Assembly: GCA_965263145.1 (NCBI GenBank)
Contig: OZ253585.1
Coordinates: forward strand, 261,668-325,667
DNA: 64,000 nt
Reading direction: 5' to 3'
DNA from: Botrimarina sp.
GTDB lineage: Bacteria > Planctomycetota > Planctomycetia > Pirellulales > Lacipirellulaceae
The position numbers were made by a program, and so were the translations under genes. Positions 37,243 to 47,900 of the stretch are shown one piece after another. The notes beneath the pieces are model-generated. The model saw only the letters and a program-made list of their open reading frames with translations, did not search any database and was not told where the DNA came from. The stretch's first letter is position 1; each line of letters begins with the position of its first letter.

Positions 37243-38010
37243 TTAACGACGACGATAAGCGAATGCAGCAGCACCCATAAATGCAATCATAAGAGTTGAT
37301 GGCTCAGGGATAGCCGTTAGCGACACGTTATCAAAAGTCGCTGAACCATGGGAACTCCCACGATTAAACCGGACGGTACTGACAGTCTCTCCCGCTGTAT
37401 CTGGAGTATTTTGGTAAATTGCCAAACCGGTGAAAGTCTCATTCACAGAACCACCTACCACGCTCAAGTCGTAAGTGGGGGTTGCGGTGCCGAAGCCTGA
37501 ACCCGTAATAGTAAAGGTATAAGCTGTCTCGGTAGCGAGGATTAATTCGGTTGCAGGGCCAGATGGATCTAGGTTCTGCCAGCTACCACCACCAAACAAC
37601 TGGAAGGCACCGCCAATATCTTCATTTCCGCTAACTCGCATGTTAATGAATGGAGTGGCATTACCTTGGCGGACGTGTGTGTTCATCATCCGTTGGGTTG
37701 GAATAGTGCTGAACGGACGCAACCAATCAAAAGAGAATACGAAGTCGGATAGGGAATCGCCAACCGTTTGCTGTACATTTCCAGATGAACCTGCCACGCG
37801 TAGACTTTCGCTACCGCTGATGACTTGATTCTGAGCGGTGCCCGATTCTTGGCTAGCTACACCGCCAGAAACGGTCCATCCGTTTGGGAATGTGCCTGTT
37901 GTGTCTTCAAAATCACCATTTGTGATAAGACTCGCATGAGCAGCAGAGCAGCTCACGAAAACTGCAACAGCCGCACAGGCTGTGAGTAGATTGAGAAATT
38001 TACGATGCAT
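37243..38010 (-). CDS. Secreted PEP-CTERM protein (255 aa)
   Basis: Signal peptide MHRKFLNLLTACAAVAVFVSCSAAHA. C-terminal TAIPEPSTLMIAFMGAAAFAYRRR. Confidence 0.6.
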   Translation of the reverse strand: MHRKFLNLLTACAAVAVFVSCSAAHASLITNGDFEDTTGTFPNGWTVSGGVASQESGTAQNQVISGSESLRVAGSSGNVQQTVGDSLSDFVFSFDWLRPFSTIPTQRMMNTHVRQGNATPFINMRVSGNEDIGGAFQLFGGGSWQNLDPSGPATELILATETAYTFTITGSGFGTATPTYDLSVVGGSVNETFTGLAIYQNTPDTAGETVSTVRFNRGSSHGSATFDNVSLTAIPEPSTLMIAFMGAAAFAYRRR

Positions 38011-38151
38011 TAGTACTTCTCCAAGGTGTCAAGTAAAGAGGATGGATGAGATTCACCGTGGTTAATGCATTGGGGAAAAAGGCATTAGCAAAACCACTAA
38101 CTGTTAAGCACTCAAATGAAGTGGCTCTGAGTGAAAAAATATATTTTTTTA

Positions 38152-41100
38152 TTACTTTCTGGGGCTTAGGGTTGCAAAGCTTGCCCCAAGGGCGAGCAAT
38201 GCAAGGCTTGTGGGTTCAGGAATGGCATTGATTAAGGCAATCGCTGATGAAGCGGACTGTGATGCGGCCAGGGCATCTCGCCAGATCGTGAAGTCAGCGG
38301 CATTTACCACACCATCCGCATTGCCATCAGCACTCAAATCTTGGGTTGAGCCATAAATATTGCTCCAGACTTGGTAGTCCGCTTGGTCAACATCACCATC
38401 GAGATCGTAGTCGCCCAGTAGCGGAATAAATTCACTGTAAGTAAAGGTAGCAGTAGCGTTTGTTGACGTATCCGAGACAAGTCGAACCCAATGAGCTGAG
38501 TAACCACGCTCAAACGTATGGAGCAAAGTTTCTCCTGGTGCCACCGTGAATGTGTCATAGATATGCCATTCATTGGTACCAAGGAAATCTACTTCGACAG
38601 TAAATTCAACAGGGCTAACGTTGTCGTGTAAAATCTCTAATTGTTTGTGATCGTAACCCGCCATGAGGTAAGGGTCCGATTCATCGTTTGCTGTAACAGC
38701 GGTATCGCTCCAAGGACCACCAACTCCCACCGGAGCACCGAAGGTCCATAGGTCGTCAACATTGCCAAACCAAAGTCCAACTTCTCCATCGTCAGATTGG
38801 ACGTAGTGGCCATCTTCGGTCGATCCCTCTTCGACGCCGGATAGTACCATCATGCCACGCCAAGACATGAAGTCGAAGATGTCGCGATTATGGGTTGTAA
38901 TAGGAACCAATCGACGAATTCCACCGCCCGTAAAGCTGTGTGGTACTTCATAGATTGTGCCGTGGACATTTAATAGGTCACGCTCTGTCACAACTTCACG
39001 TTCACCGCGGCGCCATCCAGAGGCGGTAGCCGTATCAAAAGCAGAATGACCCTTTGGTAGACGGAAGCGTGTGCCCCCTTCTTCGACATAGGCAGAAGCA
39101 TTGTCGACTCCGTAGTCTTGAGTCGTTGCCGCACTACTGCGGACAGCTGCCTCAGCCGATGGATCGTTTACTGCGATTAGTTCAAGTGCGGCTGTCGTTG
39201 GATTCAGTTGAGCAACGTAATAACCTGTGCCAACGATGTTTCCAGCCGCATCTAGTCGGTCAGCAGCGAATTCTAGTTCGAAACTAGTACTGCCGGTTGA
39301 TCGCAAAATTCCTTGTGAGCGAGCTGTTGGAGAGCTCGGATCAGCAAGGCTAGCCATTTGTGTTGTGTTAGCAGCTTTTGCACCATTGCCCATGTGGAGG
39401 TAGGCAGATGCTGAGCTGACGTTGCTGTCGGATTTGAATCGAACCCATTCAGCGCTAAGATCCGCAGGCAAGAGATAGTGATCGTAACCATTGCCATTCA
39501 AGGTGCCATCAACGGAAATCACCGTGTGTGTAGTCCAGTTGCCAGTGCCATTCTGGTCTACTTCAATCGTGAAGTTAACGGAATTCGCATTGCTATTTTT
39601 GAAGTGAACTACCCGGTCGCGGAAGCCGTCAATTAGGAAAGCATCTGAGGCTTCGTTTGCGGTTACGCTGTCGTTAACCCACACTCCACCGTAGCCCTTT
39701 GGGTTGCCGCCGTAGTTGGGGACCTCAGTCTTATCGAGAAACATGATGTTTGAGTTAGCACGTGGCAGAATGTTATTGCCAAGTTGCTTTGACGAATCAT
39801 TGCCAGCAAAGATGATTTGGTCACCATCTTCAATATAGTCGACAATCATTTTGTGATGTGAAGCGATTGGCTTCAGTCCACCATAGTTGCCTGTTTCGAA
39901 ACCTTCTGGGACTAAGAACATCATGCCGTGATGACTCATAAGGTAACCGCCTTCAAGACCAACGTCACGAATGCGTGGCCATTCGGTATACCATCCATTC
40001 GGATGACCGTGAGTGTAGCTACTTTTGGGCAAGCGGTACTTCGTCCACTGGCCAGTCGAAGCATCTCGGGTGTTGATGAAGAGTGATTCGTCATCCCAAC
40101 CGGTTGCCCAGATGGCATCGGTGCTGGAAGGATCCATGTCGACAGGGCCTTGGCGGCTAGTGACTTCAGTGTACTGAGCGGTATCATCCGCAATGGTCCA
40201 CGAGGCGAGGTCCTCAGGGTCACCATTTCCGTCCCATTCAACGAGTCCCCCCCCTGCTCCGCCGCCAGCTCCATTGTTAGTGAAGAAGATACGCCCTTGG
40301 CCTGTGAATAGACCTTTACCATGAATGCCAGGAAGATTCTTTTGAATTCCCCCCTGAGAATCATGATTGCCATCAGCACGTAGCGTCGTGATTACAGGGT
40401 TATCGAGGTCGGAGAAATCAACTTCGTAGAGCGCTTCCTCCATTGTCATGTAGTAAAGCTTGTTAGGATCAGTGAGGTGAGCTGAGGTGCCCGTTATACG
40501 ACCAACAAGATCACCACTGTTGGGACTTGTTACTGGAAGATATCGAATTGTCCCGGTGGAGTGCTCAATGTAAGCAGCACCGATGACATCAATCCCCAAA
40601 TGATTGTCGGTATAACGATTGGCGTCAGTATTTCCGGGGTATTCTTTGTAGGTAGTATGCGTGAGGTTGTTTAGATCAACCGAATAAAGTTCATCTGATC
40701 CACCAGCAGTAACGTGAGGTCCGTACGTGACGTACCAAACCTTGCCGTCTCGTTTTATAAGCGCTCCCACCGCAGCTTCATTGTGAGTGTTTGTAACTGC
40801 CGTGTGAGGATAGATGCCTGAATATGCTACCGGGTTGATTGGGGTGATAACTTCTGTAGTTGAGATAGGAGGAGCTGGAGACGCCATGATTGAGACATTA
40901 TCAAGGTCGTACCCTGGGTTACTCCCGAAAGTGTCATTGAAGTTAAGCGATAACGCCCCACCAGTATCAACATTTTCAGATTGGAATATTTGAATTCCTG
41001 TTTGAGTCGAGTTGGAAGACAAGTGGTCAGTAAGCGATAAATCATAGGTCGCCGTTCCAACACCACCTGACCCCCAATTGCTACCTGAGATGCTTAAGGT

Positions 41101-41580
41101 GTTCCACTCACCTGGAAGGATCGGAGATAAGCCGCCAATCACTTGCCAGGACGAGCCATTGAAGGCTGCCCATTCAGAGTCTTGATACCGAAGGTTTAAG
41201 GAAGCCGAAGTGGTACTTGGGTTGGAAGATCTGCCAGATAACTGCAGATTGAATAGACGGTCGGTGGTTGAGTCGACACGGAAATCAAACGTTGCATTGA
41301 AGTCCGTTGCAAAAGGGCTGTTTGTATCCAGTCCTGAAAGACTTACTCCCAGTCCACCCTGACCACTGCCGACTCCTTCAATCCTTGCATAGTAATCTGT
41401 CCCGCCAGAACCATCGCCGGGAGTATTGATGATGGATAGACCTGTGCCTTCAATGGCATCCCAGTCGGCACTAAAGATACCCGATTCAAAATCATCCGTA
41501 ACAACTGAAACTTGAGCACTAAGTTGACCATGAAAGCATATACCTGCAATGGCAACAAAAAATGCAATTCGATAATTCAT
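38152..41580 (-). CDS. Large secreted protein (1142 aa) with dockerin-like repeats and PEP-CTERM anchor
   Basis: Signal peptide. DYDLDGDVDQADYQVWSNIYG...DGNADGVVNAADFTIWRDAL near the C-terminus. Terminal IPEPTSLALLALGASFATLSPRK. Confidence 0.6.
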   Translation of the reverse strand: MNYRIAFFVAIAGICFHGQLSAQVSVVTDDFESGIFSADWDAIEGTGLSIINTPGDGSGGTDYYARIEGVGSGQGGLGVSLSGLDTNSPFATDFNATFDFRVDSTTDRLFNLQLSGRSSNPSTTSASLNLRYQDSEWAAFNGSSWQVIGGLSPILPGEWNTLSISGSNWGSGGVGTATYDLSLTDHLSSNSTQTGIQIFQSENVDTGGALSLNFNDTFGSNPGYDLDNVSIMASPAPPISTTEVITPINPVAYSGIYPHTAVTNTHNEAAVGALIKRDGKVWYVTYGPHVTAGGSDELYSVDLNNLTHTTYKEYPGNTDANRYTDNHLGIDVIGAAYIEHSTGTIRYLPVTSPNSGDLVGRITGTSAHLTDPNKLYYMTMEEALYEVDFSDLDNPVITTLRADGNHDSQGGIQKNLPGIHGKGLFTGQGRIFFTNNGAGGGAGGGLVEWDGNGDPEDLASWTIADDTAQYTEVTSRQGPVDMDPSSTDAIWATGWDDESLFINTRDASTGQWTKYRLPKSSYTHGHPNGWYTEWPRIRDVGLEGGYLMSHHGMMFLVPEGFETGNYGGLKPIASHHKMIVDYIEDGDQIIFAGNDSSKQLGNNILPRANSNIMFLDKTEVPNYGGNPKGYGGVWVNDSVTANEASDAFLIDGFRDRVVHFKNSNANSVNFTIEVDQNGTGNWTTHTVISVDGTLNGNGYDHYLLPADLSAEWVRFKSDSNVSSASAYLHMGNGAKAANTTQMASLADPSSPTARSQGILRSTGSTSFELEFAADRLDAAGNIVGTGYYVAQLNPTTAALELIAVNDPSAEAAVRSSAATTQDYGVDNASAYVEEGGTRFRLPKGHSAFDTATASGWRRGEREVVTERDLLNVHGTIYEVPHSFTGGGIRRLVPITTHNRDIFDFMSWRGMMVLSGVEEGSTEDGHYVQSDDGEVGLWFGNVDDLWTFGAPVGVGGPWSDTAVTANDESDPYLMAGYDHKQLEILHDNVSPVEFTVEVDFLGTNEWHIYDTFTVAPGETLLHTFERGYSAHWVRLVSDTSTNATATFTYSEFIPLLGDYDLDGDVDQADYQVWSNIYGSTQDLSADGNADGVVNAADFTIWRDALAASQSASSAIALINAIPEPTSLALLALGASFATLSPRK

Positions 41581-41651
41581 TCTAGTTAGTCAATCAGTGG
41601 ATGGTTTAGCTGCTTGCAGGCGGCCTCTTCCCTGCGTGCAACGAAAATAGG

Positions 41652-42719
41652 TTAAGTGTCGTTGCGACCTCCTCCGCCGCCACCTCCCCCTAGGACTTCA
41701 CTTTCTTCTACGTCAAGATCCTTAGGCTCTTCTCCATTAATGGTTGCTAGATTCCGAAGAAGATTAAAGCTCATGTTCTCTTGCAGAAAGTGCACACTTC
41801 CATCGGCATAAACAAAGTGAGAACCTACAGGATGCTTGCTACCAAATGGGAGGTGATTGAATGGCATGTTAACTACACCTGGTCCATCGGGATTATCTTG
41901 ATCACCGTAATAACGAAGCTTCTTGCTTGTAGGGTTGTTGACAATGCTGAGTTGGATTTTGTTTATCTTTACAATCGCTTTGCATTGTGACATGCATGGG
42001 AAGTTACTGCTAATGCCTCCTGCACCTTGTTGTACTCCACGCATCCATGCGCGAATTTCGTATGTGCGTTCACCAACTGCTAGAGATTGTGAGGTCCCAT
42101 CAATGATATGTTTGAATTTCTTAGCTTTTGTCAGTTCCATGAAGCCATTATTCAGAGTGTAACCACATTTGTCGTCTATGGGGGGAATCACAGCTCCTGG
42201 TGAGTTGCCGGAAAATTTAACGTCATTATTGAATCCATCGGTACCACCATTTACCGCTGCATAGTTTGAGCAAGTTGCTTTTCCGTCAATCCATGGGTCA
42301 TCCTGGGGACCGTCACTTGGGCAAATCAGAGTTTGAAGTTCAATGTCCAGTAGCTGATTGTTAGGCGCCTGGCCTATTTTTCCATTCCGATCAATGGCTT
42401 CAGCAAGTGTGTTCTCTTCAAAGAAAGGCATCAAGTCGACAAACCAGCCAGGAGTTGAGTTGGCTAGATTGTTGCCAATTTCAGCTAAAGCTAGGCTTCC
42501 ACGCGGGAATTCTTTATTCGTGTCGTGATAATTATGCAAAGCCAGCCCGATCTGCTTCATGTTGTTACCACATGAATTTCTACGTGCTGCCTCACGTGCT
42601 GCCTGCACGGCAGGCAAAAGTAACGCAACGAGAATTCCTATAATTGCAATTACTACCAGTAGCTCGACAAGGGTAAAAGCATGGCGGCTGTATTGAAAAA
42701 TCCTTCGATAATTCATCAT
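41652..42719 (-). CDS. DUF1559 / prepilin-type N-terminal cleavage-methylation domain protein (planctomycete H-X9-DG family)
   Basis: [53 protein letters not shown] is the canonical N-terminus of this family. Confidence 0.8.
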   Translation of the reverse strand: MMNYRRIFQYSRHAFTLVELLVVIAIIGILVALLLPAVQAAREAARRNSCGNNMKQIGLALHNYHDTNKEFPRGSLALAEIGNNLANSTPGWFVDLMPFFEENTLAEAIDRNGKIGQAPNNQLLDIELQTLICPSDGPQDDPWIDGKATCSNYAAVNGGTDGFNNDVKFSGNSPGAVIPPIDDKCGYTLNNGFMELTKAKKFKHIIDGTSQSLAVGERTYEIRAWMRGVQQGAGGISSNFPCMSQCKAIVKINKIQLSIVNNPTSKKLRYYGDQDNPDGPGVVNMPFNHLPFGSKHPVGSHFVYADGSVHFLQENMSFNLLRNLATINGEEPKDLDVEESEVLGGGGGGGGRNDT

Positions 42720-44360
42720 TCAATCCTTATTGGTTGCTATCTCTGGTGTTTTGCTAGGCATCTCATCAAACCAGAGTTCTAGTGTAGGGGCAGGTAGCGT
42801 CGGGTGTTCACGGGAGGCAAACCCATGAACAACGCGGTCTTCAGATGGATCAGAAGAAAGTCCGCTAACGCGGTTGATGCTAAGAGTGATCCAGCCATCA
42901 TTGTCGTAAGTAAGATAGTCGAGCAGGTCGGAGCTCTCAACAAAAACTTGATTACCTTTGATTCCTTTGCCTTGAATTACAAATGACCCAAGCGAGCTTG
43001 CCCCCCAGGGCCCTTTGGGTCTTCCGTGACTGTCAAAATGTTTGGCACCAGGAGCAGTCTCCCAGTTAACTTTTTTTGAATTCCATTTGGGAGTGTTATC
43101 GTCCCAGACGCCATAGACACGAAACTTCCAATCAGTGTCAGTGCTGACATTGGAAGGTTCTATTTCGCTTGCGTAATCGTTTGGTACGACGGTCATTACC
43201 AGACGCGCTCCCGCTAAACGATCTAACGGTAAGTGAGAGAGATCGAAGCCAAGCAATCCTCGGCGGCAATAATGACTATCAACAAGATCAAGCTTAACCC
43301 AGAAGTCTTCCTTGTTAGATCGTATTACTTGACTATGCTTACCGCCAATGACATAGGTGTCTTCTGAGCAGACAATTGATTCATGTGGGAAAGCGAGAGA
43401 ATCAAGGGGGCGGAATATCTCAGTCTCAATGTCTATATAAGGTTTAAGGCTGTTTTTGGAGGTGACCTTAACGGCATTCCCTTCGAAGAACCGACGTTTT
43501 TCGGCATTGTCCGTAGTTGGCTGAACTTCAACTTCTCCCGAGTGGACGTTCAATGTAGCGTTGCCATTAGAATCAGCGTTTACAGCAAAAGAGGTTCCGA
43601 GATCAGTGAATACCGCTTCTTTGGTGATTAGTTGAAAACCTTCAAATCCTTTGTCTACGGTCGCAGTAACCTTGCCAAAGTCGAGACGTACTTCATCTTT
43701 AGAAACAAGATGAAATCTGGCAGGTCCTTGAGCTACAAGAGTTACACCTTCATTGATCCGTAATTCAACAAGGCCACGAGCGAACTCAAAAAAACTGCCA
43801 GCACGGAACTTTGAATCTTTGAGGATTTCATTTCCAAGATCATGTCCAACAGCCGAAGTAACAACTGCAATCGCTGGGCCAGTAGTAGACGATGTAGGCG
43901 AGTTAGACGATTGCATCGCTCTATCAACATCAGGTTGCTGAGGGAAAGCGATCATAATCAAAACACCAGCTGCTAACGCAAGTAAACCAATCAGGTACCT
44001 TGAAGCGTTGACTGCTGTGGGCTGGTGTGTGCGGTCTGAGCTGTCTACTATCTCAAGTTCGTCTTGTGCTAAGCTCTGTTCAATTATTGTCTCTTCAACA
44101 CGCAGTAGTTCATTCGGACTGAATTGTCTTGGTGGATTTATTAAGTACCCAAGGTCAGCATGAGTTTCCAAGTTTTGCTGCCATTTTGCCTGTGCCTCCT
44201 CGGATGAAGAGACAATACTCATGAGTTCATCCAACTCACTCTGAGTACAGCTCTCATCCAACAGCTTGGAGATAAGCAGCTGAAATCGTTCTTTAGGATA
44301 TTTGTCGTTACTGTCCATAGGACTACCTAAGTGGATATTCGCAACCGTCGCTGTATGCAC
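42720..44360 (-). CDS. FecR-like anti-sigma factor with single TM and large periplasmic C-terminal region
   Basis: It lies immediately downstream of, and overlaps, the ECF sigma gene. Mid-protein TM YLIGLLALAAGVLIMIAF. The FecR-like block GFEGFQLITKEAVFTDLGTSFAVN follows. Confidence 0.55.
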   Translation of the reverse strand: MHTATVANIHLGSPMDSNDKYPKERFQLLISKLLDESCTQSELDELMSIVSSSEEAQAKWQQNLETHADLGYLINPPRQFSPNELLRVEETIIEQSLAQDELEIVDSSDRTHQPTAVNASRYLIGLLALAAGVLIMIAFPQQPDVDRAMQSSNSPTSSTTGPAIAVVTSAVGHDLGNEILKDSKFRAGSFFEFARGLVELRINEGVTLVAQGPARFHLVSKDEVRLDFGKVTATVDKGFEGFQLITKEAVFTDLGTSFAVNADSNGNATLNVHSGEVEVQPTTDNAEKRRFFEGNAVKVTSKNSLKPYIDIETEIFRPLDSLAFPHESIVCSEDTYVIGGKHSQVIRSNKEDFWVKLDLVDSHYCRRGLLGFDLSHLPLDRLAGARLVMTVVPNDYASEIEPSNVSTDTDWKFRVYGVWDDNTPKWNSKKVNWETAPGAKHFDSHGRPKGPWGASSLGSFVIQGKGIKGNQVFVESSDLLDYLTYDNDGWITLSINRVSGLSSDPSEDRVVHGFASREHPTLPAPTLELWFDEMPSKTPEIATNKD

Positions 44361-44872
44361 TCGGCAAGTTGGCGACGGATGCGTCTAAGGGCTTGTGAAA
44401 GAGCGTTTTCACTTCTGCCTAATCGATGTGACAGCTTTCTCAATGTGCAGTCAGGTTCGTATCTGCCTCGGACAATTATCTGATCCTTCTCGGGAAGTTT
44501 GTCGAGGCAGTTCTTGAGCGCATCAAGACGGCTCTTTTGTTGCTCCTCAGATCGGTCTGCTACTTTCGTAGCCAAGGATTCAACAAGGGTCTCATCATAA
44601 ATATGGAAGCGATTGGCTCTCTTCTGACGAAATCTTAGAGCTCGATATTTTGCAATCTCTGAAGCCCAGGCATAGAAATTCGTCCCGCTCGTGTAGTCAT
44701 CAAACTTTTGCCATAGTGCAAGATTAGTGTCTTGAAGCACATCGTAGGCATCGGTCGGGTTAAACACCAAAGAGACTATGTAGACATACAGCTTCTGTTG
44801 GTGTTGTGAGAAGAGCTCTAGGAACTCTTCTATGCGGTCTGATTTCTTTCCCTGAGATTCTGATTCTTGCAT
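44327..44872 (-). CDS. ECF-subfamily RNA polymerase sigma-70 factor
   Basis: Region 2 (YVYIVSLVFNPTDAYDVLQDTNLALWQKFDDY...FYAWASEIAKYRALRFRQK) and region 4 HTH (LRKLSHRLGRSENALSQALRRIRRQLAECI). Confidence 0.8.
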   Translation of the reverse strand: MQESESQGKKSDRIEEFLELFSQHQQKLYVYIVSLVFNPTDAYDVLQDTNLALWQKFDDYTSGTNFYAWASEIAKYRALRFRQKRANRFHIYDETLVESLATKVADRSEEQQKSRLDALKNCLDKLPEKDQIIVRGRYEPDCTLRKLSHRLGRSENALSQALRRIRRQLAECIQRRLRIST

Positions 44873-44921
44873 AGTGACTTACTCTAACTTATCCGCCTGC
44901 CTTTCTCCTCTCATTTAATTA

Positions 44922-47900
44922 TTATTTGCGGGCTCCACGCGATGCTCCAACAGCAACTAGCGAGCAAAGCATCAAGAACGAAGACGTTGGCTCAGGCACA
45001 GGAGCAAATACTGCTGCAAGACCCGATGTCGAAACACTTGCATTGATAAGAGCTGATTGCATCAGCAAAGCATCATCAAAATCTGTGTCACCGTCTAAAT
45101 CTAGGTCACCCATGGGGAAAGTTGAGATATCTCCAACTAGACTACCGCCAGTGGTTCCATCTAGGAAGCCAAGGCTACTCTCATTCAGCCAGCCAGCGAC
45201 AAAATCGTCAACGTCCGATTGATTCAAGAATCCATCACTGTTGATATCACCCGCCACACCAGTGAATAGACCCGCTGAGCGAGCAAACCCGTTGTCACGA
45301 ACAAAGTTGTAATCACCATGGTCTTCAATTGGTTCCGCACCAGGGCCTTCTTCCGATACACCCCATGTGAAAACCTCCACTTGGTCAAGCGTACCGGTAA
45401 AGAAATCTTGGGTGCCGCCACTGAACGTGGTTTCATCTCCAGCTGTGTTAGCTCCTAGTACTAAATCAGCGGTGTCTTGTGGTACTTGAGGATCATCACC
45501 CGTTTTGTAGGTACTGCTGGTACGCCCAATCCCAATGCCGTTAAGGTGCATAACCGTACCGACACCCCTTTCACGAACAACCGAAACGTGTGACCAAGCG
45601 TCAAAGTTAACGGCTATCTCGGTGTCGTACTCAACATCGTTAGATTGAAGGATCCATGTATTATCTTCGCTAATCAGGATGCCAAACTGATTCGTGTCAT
45701 GCATAACCGACTGACGTGTTCCCGAAGCGGATGAGTTTGGATTTATCCAAAGCTGCATACCACGATTACGAAGTCCCGTGTAGTTTTTCGAGAATCCGTC
45801 AGGCTGGTTATTTATAGGGCTGATTGAACCAGCTGAGTTTTCGGGATTGCCAAAGCGGCGTTGGTGTAGGTAGTCACCATTCCCGTCAAAGGTGATTCCG
45901 ATTGTGCTGCTATCGGCCCCTGCACCGGGGCGTGCAGAAACATCAGCATAGACTGGATTACCTGCGACGGCGCCCAGGGGATTGGTTACAGCCCCATCGA
46001 AGTCAACGTAGTATCTGCTCGAGTCAAACGATTGTGTCACCGTTGCACCAACCGAACCGCTTTCTTCTTCACCTAGTTGAAGATCACGGTCGAAGATGAT
46101 CGCTTGGGCAGGAGTCGCGGTGGCAGCAACCATCGCGACTGCGGCAACCACAGGAAGGACTCGACGAGTACGACGACGAACAAACATTGCAATACCTCCT
46201 AGTAAGCAAATGCCTAGTGAACCTGGCTCAGGAACTGCTGATGCAGCTGATGAGGATGACGAGCTACTCGCTCCGTAGTTGCCTGACCACAAGGTATAGT
46301 CGCCAGCATCAACCGTGCCGTCGCCATCGCCATTGCCATTCAAGACCGAATCGCTTTGGCCAAGGTTGTCACGCCAAACGGTGTAGTCCGCCGCGTCGAC
46401 CGAGCCATCGTTGTTGAAGTCTCCAGCCAAGCCAACTGGTGGCTCGACGTTGACGAATTCGACTAGGCCTTCAACCAAATTGCCCTCAGGCGTTCGGTAG
46501 CTGAATGAGATATTTTCCGACTGGGTTACGTTATCGATAACAGCTTCGCCAAGATAAACAGACTCGCCAAAGGCCAAGCTAGAGTTGCCAAGTAGGAAAG
46601 CTTCACCAAGCGTGTCGCTATCGGATAAACCTCCCTCTTCCCAACCATTACCGGTTCCATCACCAGCGGGGAAGGCGGCAAGATTTTGGTCTTCTAGGCT
46701 ATTCCATCCAACCGTATCTAGTTCGCCAAGAGCACTGTCAACTTGATAAAAAGCAAAATCGATGCTGCCAGCAACATCCGTGTTAGCAATTCTTATATCC
46801 CCATCTACTGGGTCAACTTGCAATGTTAGCGGTAGGGTGGGAATCGGTGCTACCGATGCTGAATCGATGTTGGCGTAGATTTCATAGAGGTCAGCGCTGC
46901 CTTCATCACCAACTAGAATCCCGCGAATTGCTGTACCATTTGTAAGGGCAGCCCCAGTTTCGTCCAGCAGATCGGTGAAGTCAAAAGCGACACCAGTAAC
47001 GGTGCGATTACCACCACCGCCCAATGGTGTTGCATCAGATCCGTATAAGTCACCTAAAGAGGAAACCGAGTTCCAAGTACTCAATGCGACTGATTCACCG
47101 ACTGTTCCGTTGCCAAGAATTGCACGAACTTCGACGCTATCGTTTCCAAGATCTTCAAAGATGAAGAAGTCCGGGTCTGCATCGTTGTCAGTTAGTCCGG
47201 TTGTATTGTTGTCGCCCCAATAGAGTGCCATTGCACCGCCGTTCTGTTCCGGGTTACCAGTTGACCCTGCAACCCCAGTCAAAACATTGTTGTCGAAAGC
47301 AAATCCTTGATTGGCATCCATAGGATCAACAACAGTACCGGTCAAAACCGAATCGCCTGTTGCAACACCTAGAAGACCGCCAGCACCACGATTGTCTTGG
47401 GCAATGTCAGCGATTGTGAAAGGACCATTGTAATTGGTTGAATTGATCTCAACTCCCGTGAGGGCGTTGTTTACATCGAGTGTGACTGAATCAATTCCAA
47501 CGACCAAAGCTTCTGCTTTATGTGCTGAGAAAGAGAACGTAACAACAAAGAGGATTGCTGGGACAATTGCATTTCGGCTAAATGTACGCATGCGACGTGA
47601 TCCTGCTAGTGAACCGGTTAATGCAAAGAGAATAAGAAGGCTTGCTGATCCTGGTTCAGGAACCGCAGCGATAAGAGCCTCGAAGGAACCAACTCCATTT
47701 GCTGTTTCGAAAGCGGTACGGAACTGCTGGTAGTCAAATCCATTGACAATTCCATTGCCACTGATGTCACCATTAAAGTAGGACTGCGCTGTAGGCAGGG
47801 ATGAGAAATCCCCAAACAGATTTGATCGCAATATGCCCCAATCAAGGGCATCAATCACGCCATCACTATTGAAGTCCCCACTTTCAATGGTAGCTCCATT

